A stretch of DNA of 64,000 nucleotides, from assembly GCF_964213995.1 (NCBI RefSeq), contig NC_135812.1, forward strand, positions 40,424,001 to 40,488,000, read 5' to 3'. Both the position numbers and the translations under genes were made by a program. The notes under the pieces were generated by a model that ran no database searches, was not told the DNA's origin, and saw only the letters and a list, made by a program, of their open reading frames with translations. Origin of the DNA: Mustelus asterias. Its lineage: Eukaryota. Of this stretch, positions 61,580 through 64,000 are shown in pieces; within the stretch, counting starts at the first letter, position 1, and each line of letters opens with the position of its first letter.

Positions 61580-62125
61580 AGAACAGAGCCCTGACCAAAA
61601 ACTGAACTCCACATAGCTTATCTACCATCTACAAGGCCCAAGTCAGGAGTGAGTAGAATACTGTCCACTTCCTTGATTGAGTGCAGCTGCCGCAACACTG
61701 AAGAAGCTCAACACCATCCAGGAAAAAGCAGACTGCTTTGTTGACACTTCATCAACAAACATCCAGTCCCTCTACCACCAGTGCACTATGGCAGCAATGT
61801 GTATCATCTACAAGTTGCACTACAGGAACTCACCTTAGGCAACGCCTTCCAAACACATGACCGCCACCATCTAGAAGGACAAGGGCTGCAGATGTATGGA
61901 AACACCATCATCTGGAAATTCTCCTCCAAGCCACACACCATCCTGACTTGGAAATATATTGCCGTTCCTTCACTGTCACTGGGTCAAAATCCAGAAACTT
62001 CCTCCAAAACAGCACTGTAGTGGTTCAAGAAGACAGCTCACCACCAACTTCTTAAGGTGGATTAGGGATGGGCAATAAATGTTGGCCTAGCCAGCAACAT
62101 CTACATTCCATTAATTATTTTTTTT
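61580..62125 (+). mobile_element. DIKAAF-type LINE 3' end
   Basis: ATCTACAAGGCCCAAGTCAGGAGT...GGGATGGGCAATAAATGTTGGCCTAGCC, homologous to 27900-28437. Confidence 0.85.
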
Positions 62126-62602
62126 AAAGTATGTATATGTGTAACTTCTAGCACACAGAGGTGAGCCACATGTCGAGCACGACTGAAAATACTAAGTACG
62201 TTGCTCGTGTAATTCTAAGAACAATCGGGATTGTTTAGCAAGTGCTAGCATATACAAATTGTATTTGCATAGTGTTCCATTGTTCTTGTGTGCACATTGT
62301 GAGAAGGAAGCCTCTCTTATAATTAATATAGCTTGGTCCTTGACTGTTACGTGTAACTAAGGCAAATGGTTTCTCATCAGAAGTTTCTCTGTCTTTGAGA
62401 ATTTTAGCAGCTTATGTGATTTTTAAACTTGTATGATTTTTAACCCTTTCATCAGGCTCATTGGATGGTCGGTTCAAAACTTTGCCTGTTATGAACAGCC
62501 AAAAGGAAGTACTTTTTGATGCAATCCACCAGTCATTGGGACATACGAACACATCCTTGGAAACATAATTTCAATGAAATTCATATATTCAATTGGGGGA
62601 GT

Positions 62603-64000
62603 GGTAATTATGATGCAATCAGGCGGGAATTAGGAAGCATAGGTTGGGAACAAAAATTGTCAGGCAAAGGCACTAATGATAAGTGGAACTTTTTCAAGGA
62701 ACAAATACTGCGTGTCCTTGATAGGTATGTCCCTGCCAGGCAGAGAGGAAATGGCCGAGTGCGGGAACCATGGTTCACAAAAGAGGTGGAATGTCTTGTC
62801 AAGAGGAAGAAGGAAGCGTATGTTAGGTTGAGAAAACAAGGTTCAGTTGGCTCGATGAAGGGTTACAAGTCAGCAAGAAATGAGCTGAAAAAGGGGCTTA
62901 GGAGAGCTGGGAGGGGGCATGAGAAGTCCTTGGCGGGTCGGATCAAGGAAAACCCCAAGGCTTTTTACTCTTATGTGAAGAATAAAAGAATGACCAGGGT
63001 GAGGTTGGGGCCGGTCAAGGACGGCAGTGGGAATTTGTGCATGGAGTCAGAAGAGATAGGAGAGGTGATGAATGAATACTTTTCTTCGGTGTTCACCAAG
63101 GAGAGGGGCCATGTTTTTGAGGAAGAGAGGGTGTCACAGGCTGATAGGCTGGAGGAAGTAGATGTTCAGAGGGAAGATGTACTAGCAATTTTGAATAAAC
63201 TGGAAGTTGATAAGTCCCCTGGGCCTGATGAAATATATCCTAGAATTCTTTGGGAGGCAAGGGATGAGATAGCAGAGCCTTTGGCTTTGATCTTTGGGTC
63301 CTCACTGTCCACGGGGGTGGTGCCAGAGGACTGGAGAGTGGCGAATGTTGTTCCTCTGTTTAAGAAAGGGAATAGAAAATACCCTGGTAATTATAGGCCG
63401 GTTAGTCTTACTTCGGTGGTCGGTAAGTTGATGGAAAAGGTCCTCAGGGATAGGATTTACGACCATTTAAAAAGATGCAGATTAATCCGGGATAGTCAGC
63501 ACGGATTTGTGAAGGGCAAGTCTTGCCTCACAAATTTGATAGAATTTTTTGAGGAGGTAACTAAGTGTGTAGATGAAGGTAGTGCAGTTGATGTCATATA
63601 CATGGATTTTAGTAAGGCGTTTGATAAAGTGCCCCACGGTCGGCTTATGAAGAAAGTAAGGATGTGTGGGATAGAGGGAAGTTTGGCCGATTGGATAGGT
63701 AACTGGCTATCTAACAGAAGACAGAGGGTGGTGGTGGATGGAAAATTTTCGGACTGGAAACCGGTTACCGGCGGAGTGCCACAGGGATCAGTGCTTGGTC
63801 CTCTGCTATTTGTAATTTTTATAAATGACTTGGAGGAGGGGGCTGAAGGGTGGATCAGTAAATTTGCTGATGACACCAAGATTGGTGGAGTAGTGGATGA
63901 GGTGGAGGGCTGTTGTAGGCTACAAAGAGATATAGATAGGATGCAGAGCTGGGCTGAAAAATGGCAAATGGAGTTTAACCCTGACAAATGCGAGGTGATT
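62603..64000 (+). mobile_element. Young CR1 ORF2, apparently open to the window end
   Basis: [80 protein letters not shown]; the 1398-nt span is a multiple of 3. Confidence 0.93.

Noticed and set aside
63496-63987. 163-aa minus-strand ORF and similar antisense ORFs over LINEs (e.g. 248-535, 25681-26070, 39079-39426)
   Set aside because: They are shadow frames antisense to CR1/Rex1 RT

Overview
This is eukaryotic, repeat-saturated vertebrate DNA. The tRNA-derived HE1/V-SINE-like and Deu/SacSINE-like SINEs, together with abundant CR1, Rex1 and Penelope fragments, point to a cartilaginous fish such as a shark (inference). Almost all recognisable coding sequence comes from transposable elements or retroviruses. 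These include many nested CR1 and other LINEs, Rex1/Babar, RTE and Tx1 fragments, and a decayed two-gene Harbinger transposon with many Harbinger-type MITEs. There are also Ty3/Gypsy LTR remnants and a decayed env-bearing endogenous retrovirus (30.1-36.1 kb, minus strand). The retrovirus pairs a spuma/class-III-like RT with a gamma-type Env, a CCHC Gag and an apparent -1 gag-pol frameshift. Two Penelope-like element ends carry minimal hammerhead ribozymes with a compensatory base-pair change between copies. One good host-exon candidate (29071-29191, minus, signal-peptide-like) suggests the window lies largely in introns of a secreted-protein gene. No prokaryotic systems, CRISPR arrays, rRNA or bona fide tRNA genes were seen. 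Element boundaries were read by eye and are approximate unless a junction sequence is quoted.
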